Positions 21,964 through 34,823 of a stretch of 64,000 nucleotides of DNA are shown in pieces; positions within the stretch are counted from its first letter, which is position 1, and each line of letters starts with the position of its first letter. This DNA is from Octopus sinensis (Eukaryota). Location: NCBI RefSeq assembly GCF_006345805.1, contig NC_043017.1:3472001-3536000 (forward strand), in the 5' to 3' direction. Position numbers and translations under genes: made by a program. The notes beneath the pieces are model-generated. The model searched no databases. It was given only the letters and a program-made list of their open reading frames with translations, and was not told where the DNA came from.

Positions 21964-22015
<52 letters not shown>
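21780..22015 (+). repeat. Compound (GATA/GATG)n-(TA)n-(GA)n microsatellite
   Basis: Direct reading. Confidence 0.95.
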
Positions 22016-22016
<1 letters not shown>

Positions 22017-23479
22017 TATATAGAGTGAGTGAGAATGGATATAGTCCTAGACATAGTAGCTATTAAGGGAGTCTCACTTTGGTAGAAATAGCAGTCAAAT
22101 ATTTCCCAAGATGTACAACTCAATAAACACATAAGAAGCACCTGTGCTGGTGCTAGGTTAAGAAAAGCACCCATGCTGGTGTCATGTAAAAAGCACCTGT
22201 ACTGGTACCACATCATCATTGTTTAACATCCGCTTTCCATGCTAAAAAAACCCCAAAAACTCCAGTACACTCTGTAAAGTGATTGGCATTAGGAAGGGCA
22301 ACCAGCTGTAGAAACCATGCCAAAACAGAAAATTGGAACCTGGTGCAGTCTTCCAGCTTCTGTCAAACCGTCCAACCCATGCCAGCATCGAAAATAGACG
22401 CATGATGATGACAATGACAACTTAGTTTTAGGTAGACTGTTCTAGGAGCTCAGATACGGTCAAGTTGTTAAGAAGTCCACTTTGGAGCCATGAAGGCATG
22501 TGCTTGATTTCACAGCATCTTTCAGTTTCTGTCTACCAAATCCACTCACAAGGCTTTGGTTGGCCGGAGGCTATAGTAGAAGACACTTGCCCAAGGTGCC
22601 ACGCAGTGGGACTGAACCCGGGACCATGTGGTTCATAAGCAAGCTACTTACCACACAGCCACTCCTATGCCTATGATGTAGGTATGGTAACAAAATATGG
22701 TACCAAAAGGGTTAAAGGTATGCATGTCTGTGGAGCATGTCATTCTGGGCCTATTACCACACACAGGCTTGGCTGGATCCCTAAATGGAATTAGGGGGAT
22801 GGAAACTGCATGAAGACTCCTCAAATGGACTACAGCCATAATTCAAAGGTCTAGCTTGATTTTGTGCCAATCTGATTCTGTTTGAGAGTTGCATTAAGAG
22901 TATTCTTGAGATAATCAACCACTTACATGCTATTTCAGTGAGTAGCTCAGTTCATTAAGCAGCTGGAATATTTGTCTTTGAAACTGGAGGAGTGACAGAG
23001 ATTTATTTAGATACACTCTATACAGACAACAGCTCGTGGTGGTTGTAATTGTAATATCTTTGATAATAACCAACTTAGAGCTGAACAACAACAACAACAA
23101 CACTACTAAATATGACAAGCTAATGAGGAAACCTACACACAGTAGTTAGCCATGCTAGGAATAGCAGACAAATCTCATTTACATTTCGTTTTTGGATTTG
23201 GTTTGCAAGATTCTTTATATGAGTTAATGTGTTGAAGCATATTCTGTTGTGTCTGGGGAGTCATTTTCTTTTTGTGCCTTATAATGTGACACACTCACCA
23301 CTAGAAATAGCAGACAAATCTTTTTTACATTGCCATGTCAGAAATAGAAGTCAAATCTCCTTTATACTACCATACTAGAAATAACACACAAGGCTTCTTT
23401 ACAAAGACTACTCCCCTCTCCAAAAATTTCAAGCCTTATGCCTTTAGTAGAAAGGATTATTATTATTGTTAGGGTAAAT

Positions 23480-23990
23480 GTGGTGTGCTGGCAGGATCGA
23501 GAGCATGCCAGGCGAAATGTCGTTTGTTGTTACGTTCTGAGTTCAAACTCCGCCAAGGTCGACTTTGCCTTTCATCCTTTCAGGGTCGATAAATTAAGTA
23601 CAATGCTACGCACTGGGGTCGATATAATCGACTTAATGTCCTTGTTTGTCCCCTCTATGTTTAGCCCCTTGTGGGCAATAAAGAAGTAAGCAAAATGCTT
23701 AGGGACATTTCATCCATCCTTATATTCTAAATTCAAATTCCAATGAGGTCAACTTTGCCCTTTATCCTTTTGGGGTCAATGAAATAAGTACCAGTTGAGC
23801 ACTAAAGGCACAAGGCTTGAAATTTTTGGAGAGGGGAGTAGTCGATGACATCCACCTCAGTGTTTCACTGGTACTTAATTTATCGGTCCTGAAAGGATGA
23901 AAAACAAAGTCAGCCTGAGTGGAATTTGAACCCAGAACATAAAGAGGGACAGAATGCCACTAAGCATTTTGCTTGGTGTGCTAATTCTAA
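23480..23990. mobile_element. Cluster of SINE family B copies (two plus, one minus)
   Basis: Repeated GAGTTCAAA..GGTC.ACTTTGCC.TT.ATCCTTT..GGGTC.AT.AA.TAAGTAC motif. Confidence 0.7.
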
Positions 23991-25528
23991 CACAAGCACA
24001 AAAACAGAATTATTTTATTTGGATGGGAGGCAGTCGACTACATTGACCTTAGAGTTTGACTGGCATTCTTATTTTATGGACCTACCAGAAGATTGAAAGG
24101 CAAAGTTGACCAAAGTGAGATTTGAAGAAGGAATGTAAAGCAAAGTAAAAAAATACCGCAATTGTTTTTAACACAGACACAAAGTCAGAAGTTTCGGAGG
24201 GAGTGCTTAAACGATATTATGTTGACCCCCACTATTTGACTGATCTTAATTTTTATCAACGCCAGAGGCAAATTTGACACTGGAGGGATTTGAACTCGCA
24301 ATGTATAAAAGAAAAAAAAACCCCAGATATAAATACCGCAAGGTATTTGCTCTAACGATTTTGCCATTTCACAACCATAATTTCTGACAAGGGACAAAGT
24401 GAAAAATTTGAGGGTGGAGTGGGGGCTAGTCGATCAATTCAACCATGGTATTTGAATGTTGCTTAATTTCACTGACCCCTTGGAAGGATTTTTTTTTAAT
24501 TGTTAGGGTAAAATCTGGCCCCACCGTAACTGGCGAAGTTCGCCGTTGACACATGTGATGATAAACAACATTGTTATACCGAAATTTCGAAATGAAACAA
24601 AATGAATGAAAAAAAGAACCAACAACCATATAAATAGGTGTGAATACGTGCACAATACGTCAATTATTCCTTCAAGTTTACACGGACTGTTCTCGAGTAT
24701 TGTATTCTTTCTGGTGGAGATTTTTTGGCAACGATACCTAGGTTGGCCTCACCAGAGTCTGCTTACTAGTCACAAGATTTCGCTTAGAATTGCTAATTTC
24801 CTGACCACGTATCACATAATCAATGAAAAGGCAACATTCCGGGGTTCTTCGAAATTCTTACTGCATTGTTATAGTCCATCATTTCCGAAATAATCCTCCG
24901 TAAATAATAATTTGAAACGAAGGTCCATATATAGTCATATGAAAAGGGCCGATGATAAAAAAGGGGGCATGCTATGCAAGGTAATAAACGAAGAAGCGCC
25001 AGAGAAGCTTTTTTTGGTTGTTTCTGCAAATTTCAGCCGCAATTGTTCGTGGAAATGCCGCTAGCATCATGGCTCGCTGCAGGAATTAATAATATCAGAG
25101 AGCCTTAAATAAAGGAATATAATTTATGAATATAAATAATGGTAAGTCGACTGAATCAACTTCTTGAGTTGATTCAAGTTGACTTACCAATGGAAGGTAC
25201 CAGGTGAAATACTCTTAGATTTATCAGGTATTTTATTAAAACGATTTTAGAAAGAAAAAAAATACAGAGTTGACTTTGGCAAGATTTGAACTCAGAACCT
25301 TAAAGGGACGTAAACGAGATGCTGTCAAGATTCTTGTAAAGGATTCTTGACAAGACATCACCCTTTCATTTCTGAATGGTGAAGAATCATCACCGGAAAC
25401 AGAAAAGACATTACAAAGGTAACCGCGACACACACACACGCATACCCACCTACCTACATATGTGTGTGTATACACACCTAGCTACATATGTGTGTGTATG
25501 TCTGTGTATATATATATATATATATATA

Positions 25529-25660
25529 CAGGGTGTCCCCAAAAAATGTATACACACCTTAAATAATTGTAAATTTGTTATTCTTTGTAAGCCTAGTACT
25601 TATTCTATCGTTCACTTTTTGCCGAACCACTATGTGTATACATTTTTTGGGGACACCCTG
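25529..25660. mobile_element. Tc1/mariner-type MITE, 132 bp, with captured SINE A fragment
   Basis: Perfect 28-bp TIRs CAGGGTGTCCCCAAAAAATGTATACACA flanked by TA; interior about 25578-25632 matches the minus strand of SINE A. Confidence 0.88.
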
Positions 25661-25731
25661 TATATATATACACACACACACACATATACACCTACCTACA
25701 TATGTGTGTGTGTATATATATACACACACAC

Positions 25732-25762
<31 letters not shown>

Positions 25763-25899
25763 CACACACACACCTACCTACATATATGTGTGTGTGTATA
25801 TATATATATATAGAGAGAGAGGTGTGTGTATATATATATATGTATGTATATACACACACTCATATTACAGAAGAAATGAAGAGATCTGGCGTCACTTAC

Positions 25900-26030
25900 C
25901 TCTTATACATATGACACATCGAAACAAGCAGCGGCGGGTGAATATGATACGATACGATGTCTGATTGTTTGTTTTAGACTCTAATGGCAAAAAGGTTTCT
26001 CTCTGTTTATTGCAGACATGCTTTACACAA
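25900..26030 (-). other. ATAT1: Probable non-coding first exon of ATAT1 (5' end approximate)
   Basis: Consensus donor AG|GTAAGTG at 25899-25898 just downstream of three CCAAT boxes. Confidence 0.5.
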
Positions 26031-26828
26031 GAAACAAACAAGAAAGTAAATATTGACAGCACAGTGAAGCTCCAACAATGATTTGATTGGTCGATCTCCG
26101 GAGCAGTGAAGACCCATTGGCAATTTCATTGGCTGTTACTCAACCTTCACTACAGTTCCTGCGCTCTTCCCCCCCCCAACCCGTCTCATTCATTCTGTTT
26201 CTCTCTCTCAAAAGAGAGAGAAAGGAAGAAAGAAGAAAGGCCAGCTCTGCTCTAATTTCTCTTTTCAAACCGATCTGTATATATGTCTGTATACATAAAT
26301 ATATATTATTTTGTATTCTCTCGTCAAACCTCCGTGTAAAAAAAAAAAAAAAAACCTTTCTCCCTTATTTACCTTTCTTTGTATCTATTATGTTGTCAGG
26401 TAAAAAGTAAAAGCAAAAAGAAAAAGAAAAACAGAGCAAAAACCAAAAAAAAAGCAAGCTATAAAATTTTATATTGAAATATACATTATTATAATTAAGA
26501 TTATAATTAAAAAAATAATTATATAGAAGACAGTTGTTTATTTAAAACATTCAAGCAACAATTAAAAATATTATTTAAATAAAAAATTTGTTTCTGAACT
26601 ACACACAACAGCTAATATAGTATAATATATATACATATATACACATATGTATATATGTGTGTGTATATATCCTTCTTCCGACTTAATTTCCCGTCTGCTC
26701 GTTGTTTCTGGCGGTGAATTTTTTTTTTTTTCTAATAGTATGTTATCAACTTGTTGAAGTGTGTAAATCCATTGACACCGATTTTTGGTCGAGCCAAAGA
26801 AGGAACCGAACCAGATCTGAGAGTAATT
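26030..26828. promoter_or_regulatory. Probable bidirectional promoter between ATAT1 and GNL1, with three CCAAT boxes
   Basis: ATTGG at 26086-26090, 26116-26120 and 26128-26132. Free of interspersed repeats; genes diverge from it. Confidence 0.6.
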
Positions 26829-26910
26829 ATGCCTCGTAAGAAACCGTTCAGCGTTAAACAGAAGAAGAAACAACTTCAAGATAAAAGAGAACGACAGAGA
26901 AGCCAGACAG
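26829..26910 (+). CDS. GNL1: GNL1 exon 1 (MPRKKPFSVKQKKKQLQDKRERQRSQT)
   Basis: First 22 residues match human GNL1 MPRKKPFSVKQKKKQLQDKRER as recalled. Donor CAG|GTAAAT, phase 1. Confidence 0.96.
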
Positions 26911-27229
26911 GTAAATAAAAAACACCTATAGAATAATAATTAAAAAAAAGAAAAACCCCCAGACTAGCATTAATGTCTAACCACATGATGATTTCTGCCA
27001 AAAGACACCAGGATTCCTATTTAAGGAATTAGGTTACAATCCGATCTATATAAACCCCGAATGTGTGACTGGTACCTTGTTTTAACGACGCCGGTAAGAT
27101 GAAAAGCAGAGTTGACCCCCGGTGGCATTTGAACTCAAAACATAAATTGACGTTATGAACAGTGCGAGGCATTTTGTCCATCGATGTAAAGAATAATTAA
27201 TCAGTCTCCCTAAGTAGTTTATTTGCTTG

Positions 27230-28000
27230 CAATCTGCTAGAAATACCAGCTAAATCTCCATCCCCCAAAGGAAGACCATAATATGCCTGCAAGTGTATCT
27301 CTCTACGTGTAGTCGCTCTGGACCTCTCTAGAAATAATAGCCAAGTCTCTCCCGAACCATAGACCGTATTTTCTTAAACACTAATTACATCTTGTATGAT
27401 GTATACAAGATGTAATTATATCTTGTATAATGTAATCGTAACTGTATTATTTCTGAATTAAAAAAAAATACACGATTGTCATGGCGGGAATATCTTTGGT
27501 TTTAGGTCGACTTAGGGTTAAACAAGGAAGACTTGTACATGTTTGCTTTCGACCTGCTAGAAGTCGTTGCTAAACCTTCCTCAAATCACACTCTACTGTC
27601 TTTAAAAAGGAACAACAGACGAAACTAGGCGGTGATGTGCTTAGTCGACCTGCTAAGAATAGCAGCCAATATCTCCCTCATATATCCTATTATTTTATAA
27701 GCCAAATGTTTTGAACAATGGATTCTTAGATTTACGGTGTCTTAGTAAAGAAGACAGGATAGACACACCTGGAACGGTTTTCCACCTTACATCTATTGTA
27801 TATCGAAGTTGACTTGGGGCTATGCAGCTACCAAGAGACAATTTCTCGCTTATGTACACAACACGAAAATCTATTTCTTACGGAGACGACCATTATAATG
27901 AAAGTAGTTGCCTTCTAAGAACCGACAAGTCGAAATTCTTTATCGCCATACAACCATAATAGCAGCCAAATCTACTTCAAATCACACCTAATTGTCAGGA
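27230..28000 (+). repeat. Degenerate tandem copies of a dispersed repeat (CTGCTAGAAATAGCAGCCAAATCTCCCTCAAATCACAC family)
   Basis: Motif recurs about five times here and at dispersed sites (7680, 17620, 23150, 43070). Confidence 0.6.
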
Positions 28001-28799
28001 TAGAAAGACATCGGAGGAAAGACAGGGAATAACCTGGCAGAAAGTGCACTTTGCCAAAGAAATAGAAAGTACAATCTCTTCTGATGTAGCCTTGATTATG
28101 AGTTTGATAAATCAAAACAGACCCAAGAATAAACAGACAAAAACATAACACGAGATACAGATTTTATCATCATTTTTTTTTTACATGTAACTTTTACTGT
28201 GCTGGCAAGAATTGGATATCTCACTGGGCAACTTGTTGGATTCCTTCAACATTTTTTTTTTGCAGTAAATGTATCTTAGATTACATAATCAAATGTGCTT
28301 TTTTTTTTGAAGACAATGATCCATGGTTTGTGAGTGGTTTGGCTGCTATTTCTGGTACATGGGGAGACTATATAGAGGCTCACTTCTTTTGAGTGGGAGG
28401 TAGATATTTCTAATGAAATATACTACCTTGTCCTGTGTTTTCAGTTAATTTTGAAAATAATCCAGCATTGGTTATTGACAAAATAATGGCTGTGTTGTGA
28501 TTGTTTGGCACTTTGGGTGAATGTCTTCTACTATAACCTCAGGCCGTCCAAATTCTTGCGAGTGGGTAGAGAAATGGTTTTCAGCCAGGGTCTAGATAAG
28601 ATTTTCTTGTTAAAAATCATGTGCAATAAATTGTGTATACGTCTACAAAACTCAAAATATTTTGATTTTTCAAAAAATTCAATAACCACTGAGCAATGTA
28701 TCCTCACTATTATGAGTAGTAATAATAATTTTTTTCCTGTTGATAGCTTGGGATTTCTCAAAAGCCTTGTACAGTCCCTCTGTTAATCAATGTTGTATT

Positions 28800-29150
28800 A
28801 TGCTTGATGTTATATGAAGGCCCTGCTGGTCGGGACATATCATATGGATACCTCAAATGCTCCTCAACCGTCAGCTTCTCTTGGCAGAGTTGTCCTCAAG
28901 CACCAGACCACGCGGAGACCCCAAATTCTGTTTCTGTGACCAGCTCAACTCCACTCTCCTCCACTGCTCCATTGACCCAAATATCTGGGAGATATTCACC
29001 AAGGACTGTCCAAAGTGGTGGTGTGTCATCATCGACGGAACGAACCTGATGGAATATAACAGACGTCAAGAGGCAAAGATCAGATGCCGAAAAGGCAAAG
29101 AGTGACTCACACTTGTACCCTGACAACCCACCCTTGCAATAAATGCCTCT
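28800..29150 (+). mobile_element. RTE/BovB-like LINE ORF2 C-terminal fragment
   Basis: QLLLAELSSSTRPRGDPK..DQLNSTL..CSIDPNIWE..TKDCPKW..IIDG..EYNRRQEAK matches the RTE terminus LLYGEL..G.R..G.PK.R.KD.LK..L..C.I....WE..A.DR..W. Confidence 0.8.
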
Positions 29151-30001
29151 GGCTCTTTTATGTTGCTCTTGGACTGAACAACCACCTCAGGCACCAGCAC
29201 CATTCACAGTCATGAAGATGGAATGGCTCAACCACTTGCTACAAATTAACGACTCAGATACTCGCTCACTGCAGATTAAAGACTCAAATATGGGCAAGTG
29301 TCTTCTACTATAGCCTCGGGCCAACCAGTGCCTTGTAAGTGGATTTGGTAGATGGAAACTGAAAGAAGCCCGTCCTATATATATATATGTGTGTGTGTGT
29401 TTTTGTCCACCCAGCATTGCTTGACAACCGATGCTGGTGTGTTTACGTCCCCGTCACTTAGCGGTTCGGCAAAAGAGGCTGATAGAATAAGTACGAGGCT
29501 TACAAAGATATATGAAGGTCTTCACATTCCTGCTTTTAAAATCGGTTTTGATGTTCCGTTTATCTTACATAAGCGGGATGCTACACTTTATCTCATGTAA
29601 GTGTTGGTGTGACTGTATGGTTAAGCAGGTCACTTCGCAACCATGTGGTTTTGGGTTCAGTCCCACTGTATGGTACCTTGGGGAAAATGTCTTTAATGAC
29701 CTTGGGTTGACTCATGAGTGAAATTTGTCATCAGAAACTGGACAGGATGTTTGTTAATGTGTTTTTGATGTCTACTTTTCCGTGTTTCGCGTGGGTCAGA
29801 TGGAATTTGTTGAGGTAGATTTTCTGTTGCCAATCTTCGTCTGTTTCCAAGTGAGGTAATTCTTCCCTGTGACTTAGGAAGATTTGAAATCAAGGGCTCT
29901 GATGTATGACATGGACACTTATTTACAACTATCATGTGATGTCAAGGCAAGGAGACATCAGCTCACACACACACACACACATATGATGAGCTTCTTTCAG
30001 C

Positions 30002-30190
30002 TTATCATCATCATCATCATCGTTTAACGTCCGCTTTCCATGCTAGCATGGGTTGGACGATTTGACTGAGGGCTGGCAAACCAGATGGCTGCACCAGGCT
30101 CCAATCTTGATCTGGCAGAGTTTCTACAGCTGAATGCCCTTCAAACGCCAACCACTCCGAGAGTGTAGTGGACGCTTTTTACGTGCCATC
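30002..30190 (-). mobile_element. Family D (RTE-related) tail
   Basis: (CAT)n CGTTTAACGTCCGCTTTCCATGCTAGCATGGG..; near-identical copies at 42824-42990 and 51960-52258. Confidence 0.8.
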
Positions 30191-30211
30191 TACAAAATTT
30201 CACAGACTCAG

Positions 30212-30590
30212 TGGTTACAGCTGGGCTGTCTTTAATCATAAATCTGTTTGACAAGGGTTGCTTCGGTTGCTGAATAGCTATAACAACAACAGACACATTG
30301 ATTAATGTTGTCCTAGATACACTATGACGAAGACTTACTGGTTACAGCTGGACTGTCTTTAACCATAAACCTGCTTGATCATGTAAGGATTGGAAGCTGA
30401 ACAGCTATAGTAACAACAGACACATTGATTAATATTGTCCTAGATACACTATGACGAAACTTTCTGGCTACAGCTGGACTCTCTCTAATCATAAATCTGC
30501 TTGACCAGGGTTGCTTTGGGATTTAAATAGCTACAGCAACAAAACACACATTGACTAGTGTTGTCCTAGATACACAATGACAGCCCAACT
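30212..30590 (+). repeat. Three diverged tandem units of about 127 bp
   Basis: TGGT/CTACAGCTGG starts at 30212, 30339 and 30465. Confidence 0.85.
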
Positions 30591-30611
30591 GTAACTATTA
30601 AATCTTTGTCA

Positions 30612-31010
30612 TAGGTGCAGGAGCGGCTGTGTGGTAAGTAGCTTGCTTACCAACCACATGGTTCCGGGTTCAGTCCCACTGCATGGCACCTTGGGCAAGT
30701 GTCTTCTACTATAGCCTCGGGCCAACCAAAGCCTTGTGAGTGGATTTGGTAGACGGAAACTGAAAGAAGCCCAACGTATATTTGTATTTGTATATATATA
30801 TGTGTGTGTGTATTTGTCCCACCAGCATCGCTTGACAACCGATGCTGGTGTGTTTATATCCCCGTCACTTAGCGGTTCGGCAAAAGAGACCAATAGAATA
30901 TGTACTGGGCTTACAAAAGAATAAGTCCTGGGGTCGATTTGTTTGACTAAAGGCGGTGCTCCAGCATCGCTGCAGTCAAAGGACTGAAACAAGTAAAAGA
31001 GTAAAAGAAT
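30612..31010 (+). mobile_element. SINE family A, full length
   Basis: Complete head to TAAAAGA tail. Confidence 0.88.
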
Positions 31011-31164
31011 AGGGTGTTCTTTGTTGTTATGGTGGTAGGTCTCTTAGTTACCCTAACATTTTTCGATACGTTATCAGCGTGAGGTTGATCTTAGCACTGA
31101 GGGTTGACGAAATATTCAAAAATGTTGGAGAAATACTCATTAGTGGACAATATTTCTGTCGTTT

Positions 31165-31580
31165 GATGGTAGCATGCTGGCAGAAACATCAGCACGCCGG
31201 GCAAAATGCTTAGCGGTGTTTCGTCTGCCGTTACGTTCTGAGTTCAAATTCCGCCGAGGTTGACTTTGCCTTTCATCCTTTCGGGGTCGATTAAATAAGT
31301 ACCAGTTACGTACTGGAGTCAATATAATCGACTTAATCCGTTTGTCCCCTCTATGTTTAGCCCCTTGTGGGTAGTAAAGAAATAAAGAAACGTTAGTACT
31401 CCGGGCAAAATTCTTAGCTGTATTTTGTCTGTCACTACGTTCTGAGTTCAAATTCCGCCGAGGTCAACGTTGCCTTTCATCCTTTTGGGGTCGATAAATT
31501 AAGTACCAGTTGCGTACTAGGGTCGATCTGATCGACTAGTCCCCTCCCCAAAAATTCGGGCTTTGTGCCTAGAGTAGAAA
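31165..31580 (+). mobile_element. Two tandem SINE family B copies
   Basis: Family B core twice, head-to-tail. Confidence 0.78.
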
Positions 31581-32457
31581 AGAATATTTCTGTAGTTTGG
31601 AAACTGGATTCTTTCAAATAGTTGTTATTGTTGTTGTTGATTAATCCCTGATTGGATCTGATTGAGCTGATCCATGACCAAAGCCATTCCTGCCATGACC
31701 ATCTTGTTTTCCACTCAGGTGCAGGCATGACTGAGTGTTCAGCAAGCTCACTTTGGGTGGTGGGGCACGTGACTTGGAGTTCAGTTCCACTGCATGGCAC
31801 CTGAGGCAAGTGCCTTGGGTCAGCCAATGCCTCGTGAGTGAAGTTGGTAAATGGAAACTGTGTGGAAGCCTGTTGTTTGTTTGTGTGTGTGTGTGTGTAT
31901 TTGTCCTCTTACTACTTGACATCTGGTGTTTGTTTGTTTACGTTCCAGCGACTTAGCGGTCCAGCAAATGAAGCCAATAGAATAAGTAGCAGAATTAGAG
32001 AGTATAAGTACTGGGATTGTCTTTCTTCCAAGTGGTGCTCCAGCATGGCTACAGTCCATTGACTGAAACAAATAAGTGATATAAGTAAAGCTATTAATTC
32101 ATTGAGGATGGTGTTTCTCCAATGTCATTTTAGATGCTAGGATGTAACGTAAGGGAGGTTTGGCCTCTATTTCTATTATGTTTGGTGACCGTCTAGAGAA
32201 ATTTGTTATTCATAGTGAGTAGAGAGGTCCATTGAAGAAGATTTTGTGTGTGTGTGTTATGTATATACACACATATATAAACATAAATATATGTTGTTGA
32301 ACTTCTCTCTTTTAACATCTCATATGCAAGATCTTTTCCCCGAGGAGGGAGGCTTGTCCCATCCTATGATGGAATCAGTCTACAAACATTACTATGGACT
32401 GCTGAGCCCCCTAGAAACAGCTGTTGGATTTGTAATTCTTTTCCTTCACCCCCTTAA

Positions 32458-32678
32458 CCCTTTCGTTACTGTATTTATTTTGAGATGCTCTGTGTTTCTT
32501 TCAATTAATTTTAAATATAACAAAGAATTTAGTAAAATAACTTAGTTATCATTAAGCTAGTGTTTGGAACATAAATTGTGACTAAGGTTTGGTGGAAGAT
32601 ATTAATACAAAACTTATGAAAACAAGACATTTGTACTCAGAGCCAGAGCTGGTTTCAGCCAGGTTGGTAACGAAAGGG
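32458..32678 (+). mobile_element. piggyBac-type MITE family E, complete (221 bp)
   Basis: TTAA TSD at 32454-32457 and 32679-32682; TIR CCCTTTCGTTAC / GTAACGAAAGGG. Confidence 0.92.
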
Positions 32679-33153
32679 TTAATTCACTGTATTATATTGA
32701 TCTGTCTAATTTACTTATCCCTACATTTACTTTTAAATATTCTGTTGTGTCTGGGGAGAGTCATTTTCTTTTTGTGCCTTATAATGTAACACACTCACTG
32801 GTAAAATATCCACTTATTCCTTATTTTCATTCTCCTAAAATTTTCGTTGCGTCTTTCAACCTTTTCAATAGTCTTGACTCTTGAAAAAGCTACACACCTT
32901 TCTTCCAAGCACTGCTGTAAACAGCAGAAGTGAGTTAGAATATCAAAACCTAGAGCAGCAGATGCAGAGCAGAGTTCAAGGTCAATCTGCGCCAGCTTCA
33001 TCTCTGTTACTATAGCAACAGTTCAGATACTTATTGATCAGACCACGTATTAATCAAAGTATCATATATCCATTGAGGTCGATTTTACTAATGGGTTTCC
33101 TACAAGAGGCTCAACGAAGTGTTAGGTAACAGCCCGATTATGTAACTCTTGAC

Positions 33154-33340
33154 CAGGGATCTCCAAGCGTTTTCGACCATTGACCCCCCTTTAGCCACTT
33201 TTCCTTCCGCATCGCCCCTTCCCCCTTAGCCACTCCTCCTTCTGCATTGACCATCCTCCTCATTTAAAATATCTTAATACCCTACCCTACCCTACCATAT
33301 CTTAAATGCATACTAAGTACTGATGCTGGCAATTAAAATG
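33154..33340 (+). mobile_element. hAT-like non-autonomous element left end (tentative)
   Basis: CAGGGATCTCCAAGCGTTTT..GACCCC resembles hAT/Charlie termini; no partner TIR found. Confidence 0.35.
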
Positions 33341-33360
33341 TTAGCTAAAATATATATTAT

Positions 33361-33737
33361 ACTAGCAATATGATCCGGCAACGTTGCCGGGTCATAGTGC
33401 TAGTGCATGCATATACAGCTGCGTGCGTGCGCACATAGACGCAAGTACTGTCCAAATCTCCGACCAATCCCATACAGCTAGCTGGCATTCTATTGGTGTA
33501 TCAAGTTTCGGGCATTTTGATTGGGTTTTGGATAGAAAATTCACAAAAACGTCACTTTTATTGATTTTTTAATGGCTTTGCGGGGTGACTGGGGAAATGT
33601 AAAGATGTGCACGACCACCCTTGGACGGATTTGAATGACCATAGAAAGTGCGAGCCCTCTAACTGAAAAACTGTGGATTTGTATAAAGGACACACACACA
33701 CACACACAGACATTTTGCCGTTTATATATATAGAGAT
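33361..33737. mobile_element. Helentron/DINE-1-like (HINE) element
   Basis: ACTAG end with palindrome TATGA.CCGGCAACGTTGCCGGGTCATA; internal (CA)n; TTTATATATATAGAGAT other end. Second copy at 38543-38877. Confidence 0.65.
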
Positions 33738-34823
33738 GACAAATTAAGAACTTCTGTTGAAGATGACACACTTTTTACATTTAAAACTACGTGTACGAGT
33801 TTAGAGTATTAAACTTTCAATTTTTATGAAATTGTTTTCATGGTTCGAAAATGTGCAAAACGCCTCATATTGCTGGAATATCTTTTATTGAGATTGACAA
33901 CATCAGTGTGAGGAGTGGGCATGGCGGGCGCTGACTAAGTATTCCAATCAGTTCATCTGGGTGAGCTGCTCTTTTCGCAAACCGACCCCCATTCAACCCT
34001 TGGCTGTCATCGTATCATTTGTAATAATGCTATAAGTGGAATTCCAAAATAAGTGTATCACGGTAAATAGTGAGAGGGAAGAAGTGCCGTCCAATGCACC
34101 CCTTAAGAGACGGGTGTCCCTCTCTCTCTCATTAAACTAAACAAATCATTAGAAGAAACGCTGTATTATCTCCGGCTCAACCTAAATTCTAATCCACCTT
34201 AATTTCACTGAACTGCGTGAAGACGATCAAATATAGTCAAAGGGAGATAATCATATTTTGAAATTACCTCCCTTGGACTGTGCTTCTGAAAAGAAACTCC
34301 AAAAGTTTCAAGGTTTTTTTAATTATTTTTTTAAACACCATTTGTTACCCGATTCCGTTTGAAATTCAATGCTTTTTGTTTCAGTTTCTTTTTTCGATGC
34401 TTCGGCGGATTCCCATGACTTTGTGTCGCCGTCCAATTCCATTATTATGAACCTGAATTGGGAGTTTGAGTCATAGAGATTCTTTCATTAACTGATTACA
34501 CAACCAGGGACTCCACCCCTATGAATGTGCGGCAAGACCCCCGCCCCCCCCCCCCAAAAAAAAACTACCCTTAAAAAAATACGAATCTGCAAACAAATTG
34601 GCAAAAATCGGCATTTCTAAGTTACAACTCCCCCACCCCAATTTCCTTCATTTTAAACTTTTTTTAACAATTTTTTTCCCAAAATATGCGAAAAATACGG
34701 AGATTATGATTCTGAAAATAAATTCCTAAAATATTTGTAAAATTCATTTTAAAGAATTTTTTTTTCTAAATATGCCGAAAAATATGGACAAAAATTTCAA
34801 AACATTTCTGTATTTACGGTTAT

